From assembly GCA_001949185.1 (NCBI GenBank), contig BDGG01000006.1:1346827-1410826 (forward strand): 64,000 bases of DNA. The letters are read 5' to 3'. This stretch comes from Ramazzottius varieornatus (taxonomy: Eukaryota > Animalia > Tardigrada). Positions 11,460 through 24,572 of this stretch are shown here, piece by piece. Below the pieces are notes generated by a model. That model made no database searches and was not told where the DNA came from. It saw only the letters and a program-made list of their open reading frames with translations. The translations under genes were made by a program, and so were the position numbers. Position 1 is the stretch's first letter, and each line of letters opens with the position of its first letter.

Positions 11460-14400
11460 GGAAATCTTGATTTTTTCCCGAATTTAAAGCGATCAATCAA
11501 GTCTTGTCTGAATCAACCGGCACAGCTGAACCGGAAACAGCTGATCCAACCTTGAAAACCGGGAGAGAAGGAGCCTATCGCATTATCTGACGCACTGGAG
11601 GGGGCGGTTATAGTCGTGTCTCGGACCTGGTCTACAGGTGGCACCACAAGGAGACACGGAAGTTTGTTCTTCCATCGTTATCTTTTGTGGTCCAAGGCTG
11701 GACTTTCGCCCTGCTTGCAACGTTTCGGCCTTTTTTCCCTTTTGTGTGGATGTCGTGGATGATGATGGAAAGGTTTGGGAAAATTACATCTTGCGGCAAA
11801 AGGAATGTGCTGACGAGGAATACAGTGGATTATGAAGGAAGCCCATCGATATGCGTGATTGAGGAAATGTGTATTCGAGTCGGGTTCTTCAAGCCCTGAG
11901 TACCGAAGCGAAGCAGGTAACTTCGGGTAGAAGATAGGCAAAGTACAAAGTTTCGATGGTGCTTGTTCAGTATCAAGTTAGAATAAGAAAAGCAAGTCGC
12001 AAACAACACACGGAAAAACGAAAGCGAAGTTATTGTGGCTCTTGAATGTGCAGATACGCACTTGGGAACTCAAGACACTGGCGAACTTGGCGCAGTTTCC
12101 TTTAACTATTGACTTCCTGTCTTCTCATACGGCTTTTCCTAGTGTACCCTGCCAGTACGAGAACCAACGACTTGAATGAAGACGTACTCAGGTTGGTGTC
12201 GCGATGAGCACAGGAAGCGAAGGTTGACGCTTACGTCTCGAATTTGTCTTCATCAACGGTTCTGTAACCATTGAATGTCGCTTGAGCATGCGGGAAGTAA
12301 ACACGATCCGCTACGATTTTGCAGTAGCTGGCAGAAAATTCCGGTACTAAAGAGGTGATAAATTGCTGCTGAGCTTGAGTCTTGGCACTGTGAACTTGTC
12401 CAGAGATTTATATATGGGCGCGTCAGCGGAATTATGCGAACTGGACGCCCCGTACCATGAATTACGCATTCCTGAGAAGTCTTGTTTACTCACAAGTTCC
12501 TCCTAAATTCTTGAGAATCTCGACCTGGGCTAATTGTAAGAACTACGTACTCTAGGTAAGGAAAGGAAGCGCAAGTGCCGCCTCTTTGAAACACCGACGA
12601 AATTTCAGCCAGACATTTCTTGAGATAGCGGATCAAAATCTCTAATATAGTGACCGTCAGAGGTGATCACGATGGACGATCTCATATGTGACACTTGACC
12701 GAGCGCCATTTCGTTTCCTCGTCTGCTTTCCGGTCTCCATTTTCAGACGGGGAAATATCCCGGTATACGTAGAATTAGAATTTTACAATGGTTATACATG
12801 TACGTGCAACTGCTATAGTTGAGCCAGAGCAGCACAGCTATGACCATCATCCGCATAGTCGTTTCTCTCCAACAATAGAAAACGGAAAGCGAAACAGAGC
12901 AAAAAACACAATCGTAAAAATTCAAAATATGTGCGCTCCACCCCGATTATTTCCAGGTCAGTAGGTTTAATATCCGTTTCCGCACTGGCCTGAACTGTGC
13001 TGGACTCCTCGGTATGCGTTTGTGTCATTATTTACCTATTGACATTGTGGTCGTCTTTTACACCTTGCAATATTTTGGGTAGGTCCACTCGTAACACTGG
13101 CGGACATGGTCTCGCCGGCGGGATTTATTGAGAGCTCAATCTGAATCCTCGAGCATGCCTCACGTTTCCATGATCGATCGGTAACTGGAGATGCTTTGAT
13201 TGTAATTGTCGCCCATCATGACACATACGCTGAGTGTACCTGTTGCCGCCCATTCATTGATTTTTTGTCCCGTTGTTCAAGAGGCAAAGGATAAACATGT
13301 GAAAGCCAAGCCTTCATTCTGGCTGCACACGCCAAAAAGATAAGATGACAATGCAGCATAATAATATAAATGATTATTGTATGTTAACATCAGAACTTTT
13401 CCATGAACAGAAAACAAACACTCTGCGTACGACCGTCCTCTCTGCGTATACAATTACTCAGTTTTATTCACCTCTCAGTTTTGGCTTTTGGTCTTTCGGG
13501 TCTGGGTCTTTTTGTTTGCATGTACCTCGGTCTTCTCACCAAAGCAACACTAATGACCAGCGGTCAGCAAGACCCCAGCACGCTGGGAATTTGTTCTACG
13601 GTTTCGGGTGGTTTTGGTGAAGTTTGGTGTTTCGTCTCTTCGCGCGAGACACGTGCACGGTATTCGCTTAGAAAAAAACTGGAGCACTGGGGACAGCCTT
13701 ATCTATCGAAGCTGAGCCTGGGATAAATTTTGTAGTCATCAGTGCGGTCAGAAAAAAATCAAGACGACCAGTTTTCCCTTTTGAGATTTGACGTTCATGG
13801 CCTGCCAATTATCTGAAATTTCGAAAATTGCCTATTGGTTGGACCAGCCTCCGCAACACGGTACCAGCCAATAAAACTCCTGTGTACACAAAGAGGACGG
13901 TAGTATTCTGCAAACATTAAAACGATCGTGCTGAAAGTGTTTGAAATGATAATAAGTTTAAAAGCTACAATTACTGAAAAACTTATTATCCCGCAATCGC
14001 CCAATGTGATAAACTCTTTACCACAGGTGGCTCAGCGACATTTATCTGCGATAATTATGTCAGTGTAACTCCAATAGAGACCCAAGCTGGAAGGATAACA
14101 ATAATACACAGTATTCTTATGATCGCGTGTATCGATCTGCAAATCCTGAAGGTTGTGAAGAGGAGTGTAGCTTAGGCTGAAAGTACTTAAATTTCGGCAT
14201 GCATCCTTGAAACACGTCAAAAAATAAGCTCCTGAAGAGCACTGGGTGGCCGCGGAATAGGCATGACGGTATCTAGGTACAGCATCATGCCGAAGGTTCG
14301 CCGTGATCCAAAGTTTCCAAACACAAGCACATCAAGCTGAGTCAGCCATCGTGAGTATGATCATGACGATCCTTCATCCTACCTTCACACCTCGGTACAC

Positions 14401-14969
14401 ATCGCTCACGTATGTCGGCCATGTACGGCGGCATCAAATCTGTTCAGGTGGAACCGGTTTCCGCTATACTTGCCTTGTATACCACGTACGCCGCATACTG
14501 TGCCAGGGTTAAGTGCTGTGCACCTGTAGTGGCCGTCTGCATATATATTGGTGGATCAATTTTTCAACTGGAGATTCCACTCATTTCTTCAAAGTCTCCA
14601 AACCAGCTAGCGGCATTTCTCCTCTCTTACCGAATATTGCGCTAGCGTTCGATATATTTACGTGTACAGGCAGAGGGTTCACTAACCTTTTCCACAACAC
14701 TTCGATCGACTGCTTGCGTGGTCTTGCATCCACCTGGTCAAACGGCTTTCCGATCCCTGTCCGACGGTTAACTGGCCAGAAATACCTCGCCTGAATATTC
14801 CATCGCTCGGTGAAATTTTGCGTCAGGCTACGGGTTGATGGTACAAGAGGATTATACCCACTGTGCACAACAACTGCTTAGAGTATCGGAATTTTCTGTA
14901 GCTGTTAACGGGCTTGTAAAGTTGCTGCGAACGTTTGTCTTATCTTTATTGGGAAAATACTGCCAGAAA

Positions 14970-16004
14970 ATGACGGCTACTGTATCGATTGTCAGAGTAG
15001 GATTTGTTCTGTTTACCTTGGTGGTGTGCACCGGTAAGGCTCTTAATTTCTTCCTTTTCTCGCGTTTTAGATTTGATTTCGATTATTAAAACTTGACTTT
15101 TCAGTGTACTTATGATTACATTTTCCGAAACAGTATGACGTCTTTTCTGTCAATCACTCGAAGATCATACCATAGTGAAGCTTACCGGTGAGCCCTATGG
15201 GTTGAGGTTGAAGAACAGGGTATGCTTGAAATGTCAACCTACCATTTCGACACATTTCGCTACGGGTTTTTATCCTGTTTTCCGTTCTCTGTGATGCTTG
15301 GGATGGCAGGCGTACTTCCGGTGGACTGTCGCCTTGTATGTTATCGTTGTTCTGCTTTCAGTGTCGGCAAGGAAGTGCTACGTTTGCGATTCACGGCAAA
15401 ATCCCGGCTGCAGTGACGCCAACCAGATTAGTCAGCTATACCAAGACTGCAGTAATATGGGAGGTTTCGGCGGAACCTACCAACAGCCCGGTTCATTCGG
15501 ACAGCCCGGACAGCAAGGAGGTTTCGGACAGCAAGGTGGACAATTCGGTGCAAACTATGGCGGAGATCGGTGCTACAAAATGATGATTGTCGGTGGGCAA
15601 GGTGGACCTGTCGGTGGCGGAGGTTTTCAGAATCAACGTAAGGAAATTTCGTTTTCCCCATCTTATTCGTACTCGGTGGTGAAGCCTTTGAGCCAGAAAA
15701 AACGAAGTTCGCCTCTGAAATCAAGGCACAATAAAACCTAATGAACAGAGAAAAATTCAGAAACCTATTTTCAGCACAAGTGATCCGTGGCTGTGGAGCG
15801 CCACCTATGATGGGCGGTGGACAACCTGGAATGGGAGGCATGGTCGGCAGTGACGGATGCTCATGGATGGGGAACATTATGACATGTTCCTGCGACTGGA
15901 ACTACTGCAACGGTTCGACGCGAGTGTCCACTACTTCCTTCTACAGCCTTCTTGCAATAGCCGCCTTTGCCAGCCTCTTTTCTTTATCAAGCCGGAAGCC
16001 ATGA
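14970..16004 (+). CDS. GPI-anchored Ly6/uPAR three-finger protein (quiver/sleepless-like fold) with Gly/Gln-rich loop insertions; 3 exons
   Basis: Exons 14970-15033 (signal peptide), 15362-15637 and 15775-16004. Ten Cys in the pattern CYVC…C…C…CYK…RGC…C…CSCDWNYCN, followed by a hydrophobic GPI-type C-terminal signal. Confidence 0.85.
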
Positions 16005-17015
16005 GGAGATCTTCTCGCCAAAGAAGAACACTAGAGCGTTTTTCCAGATTAGCTGATTGATTCTAGGATCCGACCAAGTTTACGGTGATTATGCCTTCCA
16101 TTGGTTTGTTTGACGTTGACTTCCGATGTTTCCTACCTACCGTACCTGTCTGCATCTTTCTTCACATGTTAATTGCCAAAATTAGCGTCGCTCAGTTGAT
16201 CAAGAGCGACGTTGACTTCGTTGAATGTTTTGACGGCTCGCTCTATGGTTCCTCTTCGATGCCCTCTGCTTGTTTAATACCGCTATAGCGCCATTGTTGA
16301 CAAGTTGCTCCTTCACATGTTCAGATGTTTACACCCTGTCATTTTTACGGCCATCATCATAACGCCTGGGTCTCTTCTTTCGCTAAAAGTACCTCGCCCC
16401 ACTGTAAAAATAAACACCTGTATCGTTGCTCTAGCCATGAAACGAACAGATGCTGAGGTCTCGTCTCTAAGAATGTCATTGACACCGATATCATCCTGCG
16501 TTCTGAACAGGCAGGTTTATAGAGAACCGAACGAAAAATTAATTTCAATATGCCTCTGCGATATTCAACGTAACTAACTTTGACTCTGCCGTGTACGGAA
16601 TACACGGCACACATCACGCTAAGCTCGAGTTCGCCGTCATCCGCATTTTTCGTAGTCGATATTATCGTCGAAATGGGACCAGGCGACTAAAGCAAGCGAC
16701 TGGCTTTTCTACAACAAAATGTGTTTTTTGGTCTCTAGATAAATGAAATCTATGGGAGACATACAGGAGCGATCCGGAAAGTAAATACGTGATGTCGTGC
16801 TGGTGGCGCCGTCTGTCAAACGTTTGTTGAATCTTAGTTCGGTTGTAAACTGATAAAGTAATATTCGTTCTAGGACGGAATGCCCCGGTACGATAGCGCA
16901 AGGCATACTAGTACCAGAATCAAAAGGCCGATCAGCGGTTCTGTGTATCGCCCTTGAAATCCGTCCGGCCGAAAGATAGAAACCAGGTGCGGCAGCAGGA
17001 AAGTTTGAAGACTAA

Positions 17016-19472
17016 CGAGGGGATTATGCCTGTCCTCCGCCTTCCCGAAATGTTGTGGTATGATAGAACGGTAGAGAAGAGTCTGCTTTATCATCTGAAA
17101 CAGGCGTGGCCTGCCGGATAAAATCCTGGAAGCCTATACAGGAGCCGGAAGTGACGTCAAAATCTGGGCGGTACGCACCTATTGATTTTATCGGGCTTAC
17201 TTATTATTCAAACTCAACTTCAGCTAAACATAAAGGAGCTTTGCACCATCCACATTTCAGAAGCAAGGAACGTTCACAGTTATCATAGTCACAACGACCA
17301 ATCAGTCCTTGGAAACAGAATTCCGTTGGATCAACATATTCTACGGACCTGTCAACATACCCTGACAAATGCCAAGCTTGAGCAATGAGATTAGCAAATC
17401 TGGGGGAAGTAAACTGCTGGTAAATCAGGGAATGCATTTTTAATACGACGTCCCGATGATGCACTTGAACCGGCTGATCGTTCAAGAATATCCAGTTCGA
17501 AACCTTCCTGAAATATCCCTTGTACATCCGGAAGCAAAGAACGTCCAGTGGCTGAATCTGGCCCGTGACTTTAGGTGGTATAGTGGTCATTTCGTATTCC
17601 AATTCCTCCGGTTTGACGTCCATGGCTTCTTGGTCAGCAAACGTCGGCCAAGAATCAGCAAGGCATATACAGTGCTGATTCATCTGCGGGAAGAAAACCT
17701 TCTCGCACCATTCGATGTATAGCTGCTTCATCATCTTGCCAGACGTGGAAGCAGTGACATACAGGTTACCAGCTTTGAACATGGACTTTTTTACAAGCGG
17801 TCCGAAGATTCATTTGGGTTCTTGCAGCGTGATGAAGAGAACGGGCAGAAACTTGCGAACACCTGGGGAGACGCACATCATCACCTTGTAGCTGTGAGTC
17901 ATCGAGTTCTGAGATTGTGAAAGTGCCAGAACGTGCCTTGCACCGACGAAATCCAGAGTTCGACCTGGCCTCATTTCGTACTCAAACCCACTTTGGTCAG
18001 CATTCCACAGACAGTCTTCCCCGTACGCCAGGATTCCTTCTCTGACCATAGCAACGCAATCTTCGGCGCGCTTCTTCCTATCCGGCTCTGCCTTGAGACA
18101 CTTTTCGGCGACGAACTTTCGTACTCATTTCGTACTCAAACCCACTTTGGTCAGCATTCCACAGACAGTCTTCCCCGTACGCCAGGATTCCTTCTCTGAC
18201 CATAGCAACGCAATCTTCGGCGCGCTTCCTCCTATCCGGCTCTGCCTTGAGACACTTTTCGGCGACGAACTTTGTAATCTTCCTGTCACAAGTGTTGTAG
18301 TACCTTTAAACGAGCGACAAGGTTAGGAACGACGAACACCTGAATTGGTCTGTAAATGGTCAAGGTCTGACATGAATCTTACTTTTTGAACTTTCCGACC
18401 CAATGGGGAGAACCTGTGAAACCGGAAAGACAAATCTTACGGTTCGCTGTAACAGCGCATTGCTGGGTATCCAGATCCTTCACTACATTAGGTTTTTGCT
18501 TGGCCAGGGAAAACTTCTCTCCTGTTTTCAGTCGTATCGCCTTCAGCTTATCGATCCGCGAGCCTCCTTCTTCAACGTGACGTCCCTATTCTCTCAGCTG
18601 GCGTGTACTGGTGACTTTTCTGAACAGCTTCTGCACACTGGAAAGGCTGCGACGTTGCTTGGAAGAGACATTAATCCAGTAAGCGACAGCACGTTTCTTG
18701 TAGACTAAATCAGCTGCCTGGGTTAATGTCACTTTGTGATTCGAGATTCGGGGTACAAACAGCTCATCAGAAGATGGTTCTGTTCCACCTGTAGCAGGTT
18801 TGGTAAGGCGATCATTCGGAATGGATTCGAAGTCTGCTTCGCTATGTCCATGGAGTAGGTTGGTTTCAGCCATTGACTCTTCCAGCTCATCGAACGTTAG
18901 CATGCCAACGGGTAGCTCGTACGCGAGATCTTCTTCGATGGCCGATATCGGACTTCCCGCTAGGTCGATCTGGACGTCTAAGAAATTTGGAAGCACAAGG
19001 TTAGGCCTGAGACATGCTTATAAATAGCGATGTAAGGGTGAAAGTTTACCTTAACCTTGATGATTGTCTTTAACATCCTGTCAAATTCGCTCGGCGAGTC
19101 GCTAAGTTGGAAATGTTGCTCGTAGTCCGACTGCAGTAGTTTCAAGATGTTGAGGGGATTAACTGAATCCATGGGGCTATCGGAAGGAGAAGAAGAGAAG
19201 AAAGAAATTCATAAAACAGAAGTGATGAGGTTGCATACTAAAGCACGATGTAGCTCTGTCAATCAGTAACGAATCAACAACGTGGGAATCAAACCGCTTG
19301 ATTGACTAACTATGTACCGCCCAGATTTTGACGTCACTTCCGGTTCCTGTATAGGCTTCCAGGATTTCATTCGGCAGTCTACGCCAGTTTCAGATGATGG
19401 AGCAGACTCTTCTCTACCATTCTATCATACCAGAATATTTCGGGAAGGCGGAGGACAGGCATAATCCCCTCG
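17016..19472 (-). mobile_element. Tc4/Tc5-like (pogo-related) DNA transposon, full length but inactivated
   Basis: 159-bp TIRs at 17016-17174 and 19314-19472 (11 mismatches by eye), with TAA on both flanks (TNA-type TSD as in Tc4/Tc5). The fragmented transposase has WNADQSG, LADSW and QIQPLDV motifs (DD36D spacing here) and a Cys-rich C-terminus (C…C…CGWCKAPLC) like the Tc5 C-terminal domain. Stops and frameshifts are present. Confidence 0.9.
17970..18273. repeat. 150-bp internal tandem duplication within the transposase gene (period 154 bp)
   Basis: 17970-18119 and 18124-18273 differ by one base seen. The junction repeats TTTCGTACTCA. Confidence 0.9.
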
Positions 19473-20063
19473 TAAAACGAAAAGGGACCTGCATCGCTGC
19501 GTGAAGGAAGCAAAGCTCTAATTTACGAACCGAACCAGGAAGTACCAGGCATGAGTAAACTAAAAACGTTAACCGCTAATGGCAGAAAGACGCTATTCTG
19601 ACGGATCGCTGAAAATAGGTCGACGATGTCAGAATCTTTTCTTTTTACTCACAATCCAGCACTAACGAGATCCAAGCGCAACATTGCTACAGATACTGTA
19701 AGCCGATCTTTCTCTCACGTTTTGCTTCGCATAATCCCGGCCCTACTCACCCACCACGAGTTCTTGTTGTCGCCCTCTGCCCTAAGATACAATATTGTTG
19801 AACCCAGTATTAGGCCGCACCAGTCTCCGGTGATCACATGAAAGTCCACGAACTGGTTAATTTGTAAAGTGGAGCTGTCTCTTGGTCTCGATGGTTCTCT
19901 TCACTATGAGGAATATGATCATGATGTACGCTTAACTGGTCATGCACATCTAGAAAAAAGCTTAAGGACTCCGCGATACCGGGGATCATCCCCTTGTATT
20001 TTTTAGTGAAACTCTGGCAATTTAACCAGCGATTGCCCGCAGAAAACCCGCGAAATTTCTACA

Positions 20064-22912
20064 ATGGACTGCAAAATTGTAATTTTTCGGCTCTTCCACT
20101 TTGCCGTTAATCTTCACTTCTGTTTGGGTTTTATTACACCTCACCTGGATACGATTGTTCGTATTTTGGGGGAAGACCCTAACTACGGATATCATGCCAC
20201 AGCGCCGATGTACGATGTGGCTTTCCAACATGCAGATCAAATGTTTCCCGGTCTATTCGCCAATACCGCGCGGCACGTTTTGTACAAGAGGGATGTGGTG
20301 GACTGCAATTCTGCAGCCGCAAACATGGTGGAACTGATGGGCCAAGTGGTCGCCATAGTGGATCGTGCTTCCGGTCCGACCGTCCTGTTCTCACCCGGCT
20401 GCAGTCTGGAACTTGCACCTTTGGCTGATCTGGCTCGCGGTAGATGCTTTCCAACTAAATGCTACCGTATCTAAAGATATTTATTTCTTCAATACACAGA
20501 TAATATAAATCACTTCTTTCCCATATCTTTTGGTTCTAGAGATGAATCTTCTTTTGCTGGTCAGGTGAGCATATTATAATAGAATGAAAACCGTACCTTC
20601 GGTTCTGCGATTCTGAGAACACGTCGTGATCCTCAATACAGTACCATCGTGATCGTGTTCTACACGACGAGTCATATTGGGATTTTTCCTATTAAATGCT
20701 TTTCGTAGTACCTCATCGGATGTGGCCTTTATGAACAAGTAACGTTTCCCGACCTTTGTGTCTTTCTCTCACACCGGACAAGGCGGAGCAGTGCCGGGCT
20801 TGATTCTTTTTCTGAAAAAGTTCGGCTGGACTACGATCTCCGTGTTCTGTGAAAACTTATCCAACTACCTGAGCATTTCGTCAATGTTTGGTCTACATTG
20901 TCGAGCCATCAAAAACTTCCTGATGACTCCATCTTCTGGCTTCACGGTCTATTACCAGGACATCGACTCTGTGCGTAATGCTGGTCCCGATCTCTTCCGC
21001 TCTTTACTCTTACGGGCTCAGTTTCAAAGCAGAAGTAAGTTGCGTGACGGGCAACTAATGTGTTTTGGGACGGAGAGCGTCTCCCTTGATGTTTTCGATT
21101 CCTGTTGAAATTGCAGTAATAATAGTGGAGTCACGAGAAGATGTGGTACGCCGATTCATGGTACGGTTAAAGGTGCTTGGTATTTATGGTCACGAGTGCC
21201 ACCATTTTTGGGTNNNNNNNNNNNNNNNNNNNNNNNNNNNNNNNNNNNNNNNNNNNNNNNNNNACCCAAAAGGGGAACTGTTGGTACCAACGCAGCAAAA
21301 AACGGCGATAGTGTCCGTCTTTGCGAAAACGACAACCGTGGTCCGTTTGCCCGTGGCACCAGGTGGTTGTACAGAGTGGGAACTTGAAGTTCCTCATTGA
21401 TAAGCTGTGTTCGACAACTTCACGCAGTACATGCAGCTGACCCGACTTTTGGTCGGGACAATTAGTGACCACTGGCCGAAAGCGGCAGCTGGCTCCAATC
21501 AATGGAAGCGATGGCGCTTTCGGCAGATGGCCAATAATTTTTTTCCGGCCAGTAATAGTGCAGCTACGTGTGCAGAGTTCGAGAAATGGTTGTTTCAGAT
21601 CCAAGCTTATCTCTTGAACATGACCAAGGGAGAATACGTAAGTGTACAACTCCAGTATACAGAGGAAACAGTCAGCATTTCGTACAAATCACTCAATCGG
21701 CAGCTGTTTCAGGTGTTCCTCTATCCGGAGCCAAACAAAGTCACATCCTACATAAGCCCTTTGGATCCGACTGACGACCCTAATGATAAGGTTCCTCACC
21801 CACTTATCGCTTATTCAGAGTCAAAATGATGCTGAATTTTGGGTGCAGCTTGCAACGGAAGCTTACAAAGCTTTAATCTTGCTGGAATTCGATGACTGGG
21901 AAACTCCGCAAACTGCCAAGATCCTTCGACAAGTTGCTCAGAGATCGGCGACCAATTACAATTGTACTTTTCGTCCGGACGAACTGGTAAGCCACAAGAG
22001 AAAATGTAGTGCATTTTACTCATGCGGATGGAAAACAAGCCTGCCGGGTGTGATTACCGAAGATGATACTATATGTACCTGCTTAGGTCAACGATGACTC
22101 GATTGCTGTCCATGAAATTGTCGAAGCTTTTGCAACGGTGAGTATTTGTGTTTCCTCATCATCCTTTAGGGTTCTCATCTGAGGAACCCCGAGCTTTTTA
22201 AGATTTAGGTCCTCCAAGAAATCGTGTCGTCCGAACGACTCACAAGTACAGCAAACTTTCGTCAAAGTATTGTGAACAGAACATTCATCACCAGCACCAG
22301 AAACGTCACAATCGGAGCAGACGCCTATCGGCGAACTAACTTACTGCTTTGCCGACTCAATCCACCCTTACAGAAATTTGAGGTACTGTACATTAATTAA
22401 TCCGAGCAGGCGTCTAATTTATCAACAGCTCCAGTCTCCATAAATCTTCTGCGCATAGACGGGATGGATTTACAACTCACCTTTAGTCCGCATCGAGATG
22501 GCTAATTCAGACATCGCCAACAGGTGGCAGGGTCGCACTGATCCGCCACCGGCTTTACCGCTTTGTGGGTTCTACGGTCAACTGTGCAAAGAAGCTAACC
22601 TGGGACAGGAGACTTCGAAGTTGCTGGCTGGTGTAATCACCAGCATTTTGCTATTTGGCGCAGTCATTGGTGTTGTTGTGTATCGGTATGAACATATAAT
22701 TCTTGATCGATGATACGGTACAGAGGAACAGTGTATGATAGATCAAAAGCGACACCTTTCGATGCAGGAAATCACAGTTGAATGCGCTACACGACGGAGA
22801 ACTCTGGTTGCTGGATGTTTCCTGCTTGCTGCTTGATTCGGAAGCCCAAAATCAGGGAGACATACATCAACATCAGAGTTCCACAGATGAACCCCAAGCA
22901 AGAATCTATTAA
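20064..22912 (+). pseudogene. ANF-receptor/rGC-type ectodomain single-pass receptor lacking kinase and cyclase (copy 1), carrying a nonsense codon
   Basis: Exon-for-exon paralog of 25974-28504. It has TAA at 20740-20742 (MNK*RFP) where copy 2 has MNKQRFP. The other exons checked stay in frame through the TM (LLAGVITSILLFGAVIGVVVY) to a short tail ending at 22912. Confidence 0.7.
21214..21263. other. Assembly gap (50 N) inside an intron
   Basis: Run of N, flanked by the inverted sequences TTTTGGGT and ACCCAAAA. Confidence 0.95.
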
Positions 22913-23784
22913 CAGCATTACGCAAAATAAGACAGCTCGGTCAACCAAACCAGTGTATTTTCGGACTGCTAAATTTGATCGATGTAGAGTAGTAGTGCAG
23001 TCGTTCTCTTCTGAAGCACTCACAAAAAACTAGTGACCGTATGTCAGTGCAAGCCGAAAATTGCGGAAGGCCCCGGAAGAACCCTGTCTGCACTCGCCCA
23101 TGGTGCCATCTGGGAAGCTGGACTAATCCGACTCCCACTCTCCTTACTTTTAATATTAATGGATCATCAGGTCGAGCAGCACGAGGAAGACATCACCAAT
23201 AGAATCTTTTTGCTACGATTTCACGAGCAAATTACTGCCTACATAGTATATTCATCATCTAACACCTCTGCTAAAAAATCTCGGTGTTTCAACCAAATTA
23301 CTCCCGCTCTGAAACTGAACAAACATATTGCACAGTAGGTCGTTTGTTCCCTGCGTTCCGATCCTCTTGGCTCCTATTCGCCCACCATAGTTCGTAACTG
23401 CTGTTTCGCCTTCAAGTTGCTGTGTTTCGCTGTGGCTTCTCCATCAACCCGTTCGACATATGCTACCTAAATTCATGGTTTCAAAGGTGAACAATCAGCC
23501 AAGTCAACGGGTCTGCTCGCCATGCGTATGGTTGGTGTCAAAACTGAATAGCCAAATGAGGTAACACATTTCGAACGAGTGGCCTGGCTTTTCATTTTTA
23601 ATTGGCAGAGTACAGTTACGCCTGTCAGTGTCCGATACATCTTTACTATTTAGGTTCAATTAGTCCAGTGTTAGACATACTTAGACAATTAGACATACTC
23701 AGGGGAAATGTGCCTGTGTTTTAGGAGCCTTTCCATTCTCCCCGCGGTCTAGAAGAAATCTTTTATTTTATGGATACAGTCCAC

Positions 23785-24572
23785 CAGTGTTGTTCCAATT
23801 ATTGTAATTCGTAATTGAAAATAGCCAAATTTGACGGTTTTGGAATTCCGATAAAACAATTCAGATTGCAAATTCTGGGTTGGTCAGTTCAATATTAATC
23901 GATATTGAATCGGAATTTCAAGAACGAGAAGATATCTTAATGTACAATTGAAATCCAAGATGTTGGAAATTCGAATGATAACTGACACCAAAGAAGCACG
24001 CGGAATGCACGTGGATATATCGCTTTCTCGCCCTGTGAAGCACCGTCAGTGCTCGATTGAGTGACTAACGATGTGCTGGTGCACGTACACAACAGAATCA
24101 GAAATTCAGAATGCGTAATAAGTGCTTCGCGAAGCTGCAATTCTTTCTTGTATGACGTAACACGGCGGGCCTAGCTAGGGTTCTGTTTCTCCAGTGGGGT
24201 TCAAGTTTACGCCTGAGCGATACACCGTGGCTCCTTCATGGAGCATAACAGTCCGTTTTGACGACAGTCATCCGTACTGGATACTTTGGGAACGACGTAT
24301 TCTCCGCGAAATACCAGAAGGTCAATCTATTCGCTTACCCATCCGACGCGTGGTACCGAACAGAAATGACAATTTTATGAGAACTCAAATTACAAAACAC
24401 CATCCCAATAATTCGAATAATTTCAATTGTTGTCGAAACTTGACTTTGAATTAATCGTAATTGATGATCCAGCCAGGACGAGGTACCTGCAGTTCAAATT
24501 GCTGCTACGCAAAGGATTCCGATTGATCGTAATTGCAATTCAAACTGAAAAAGTCATATCGAAACAACACTG
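23785..24572. mobile_element. Non-autonomous hAT-type element (788 bp)
   Basis: Termini CAGTGTTGTT…AACAACACTG. Perfect 8-bp TSD CAGTCCAC at 23777-23784 and 24573-24580. AATT/AATTC-rich subterminal regions and no transposase. Confidence 0.85.

Noticed and set aside
15298-15361. Second signal-peptide-like stretch in frame with the Ly6 exon
   Set aside because: It starts at TTG just after a stop with no ATG. It is intron polypyrimidine sequence, and a proper signal exon exists at 14970.
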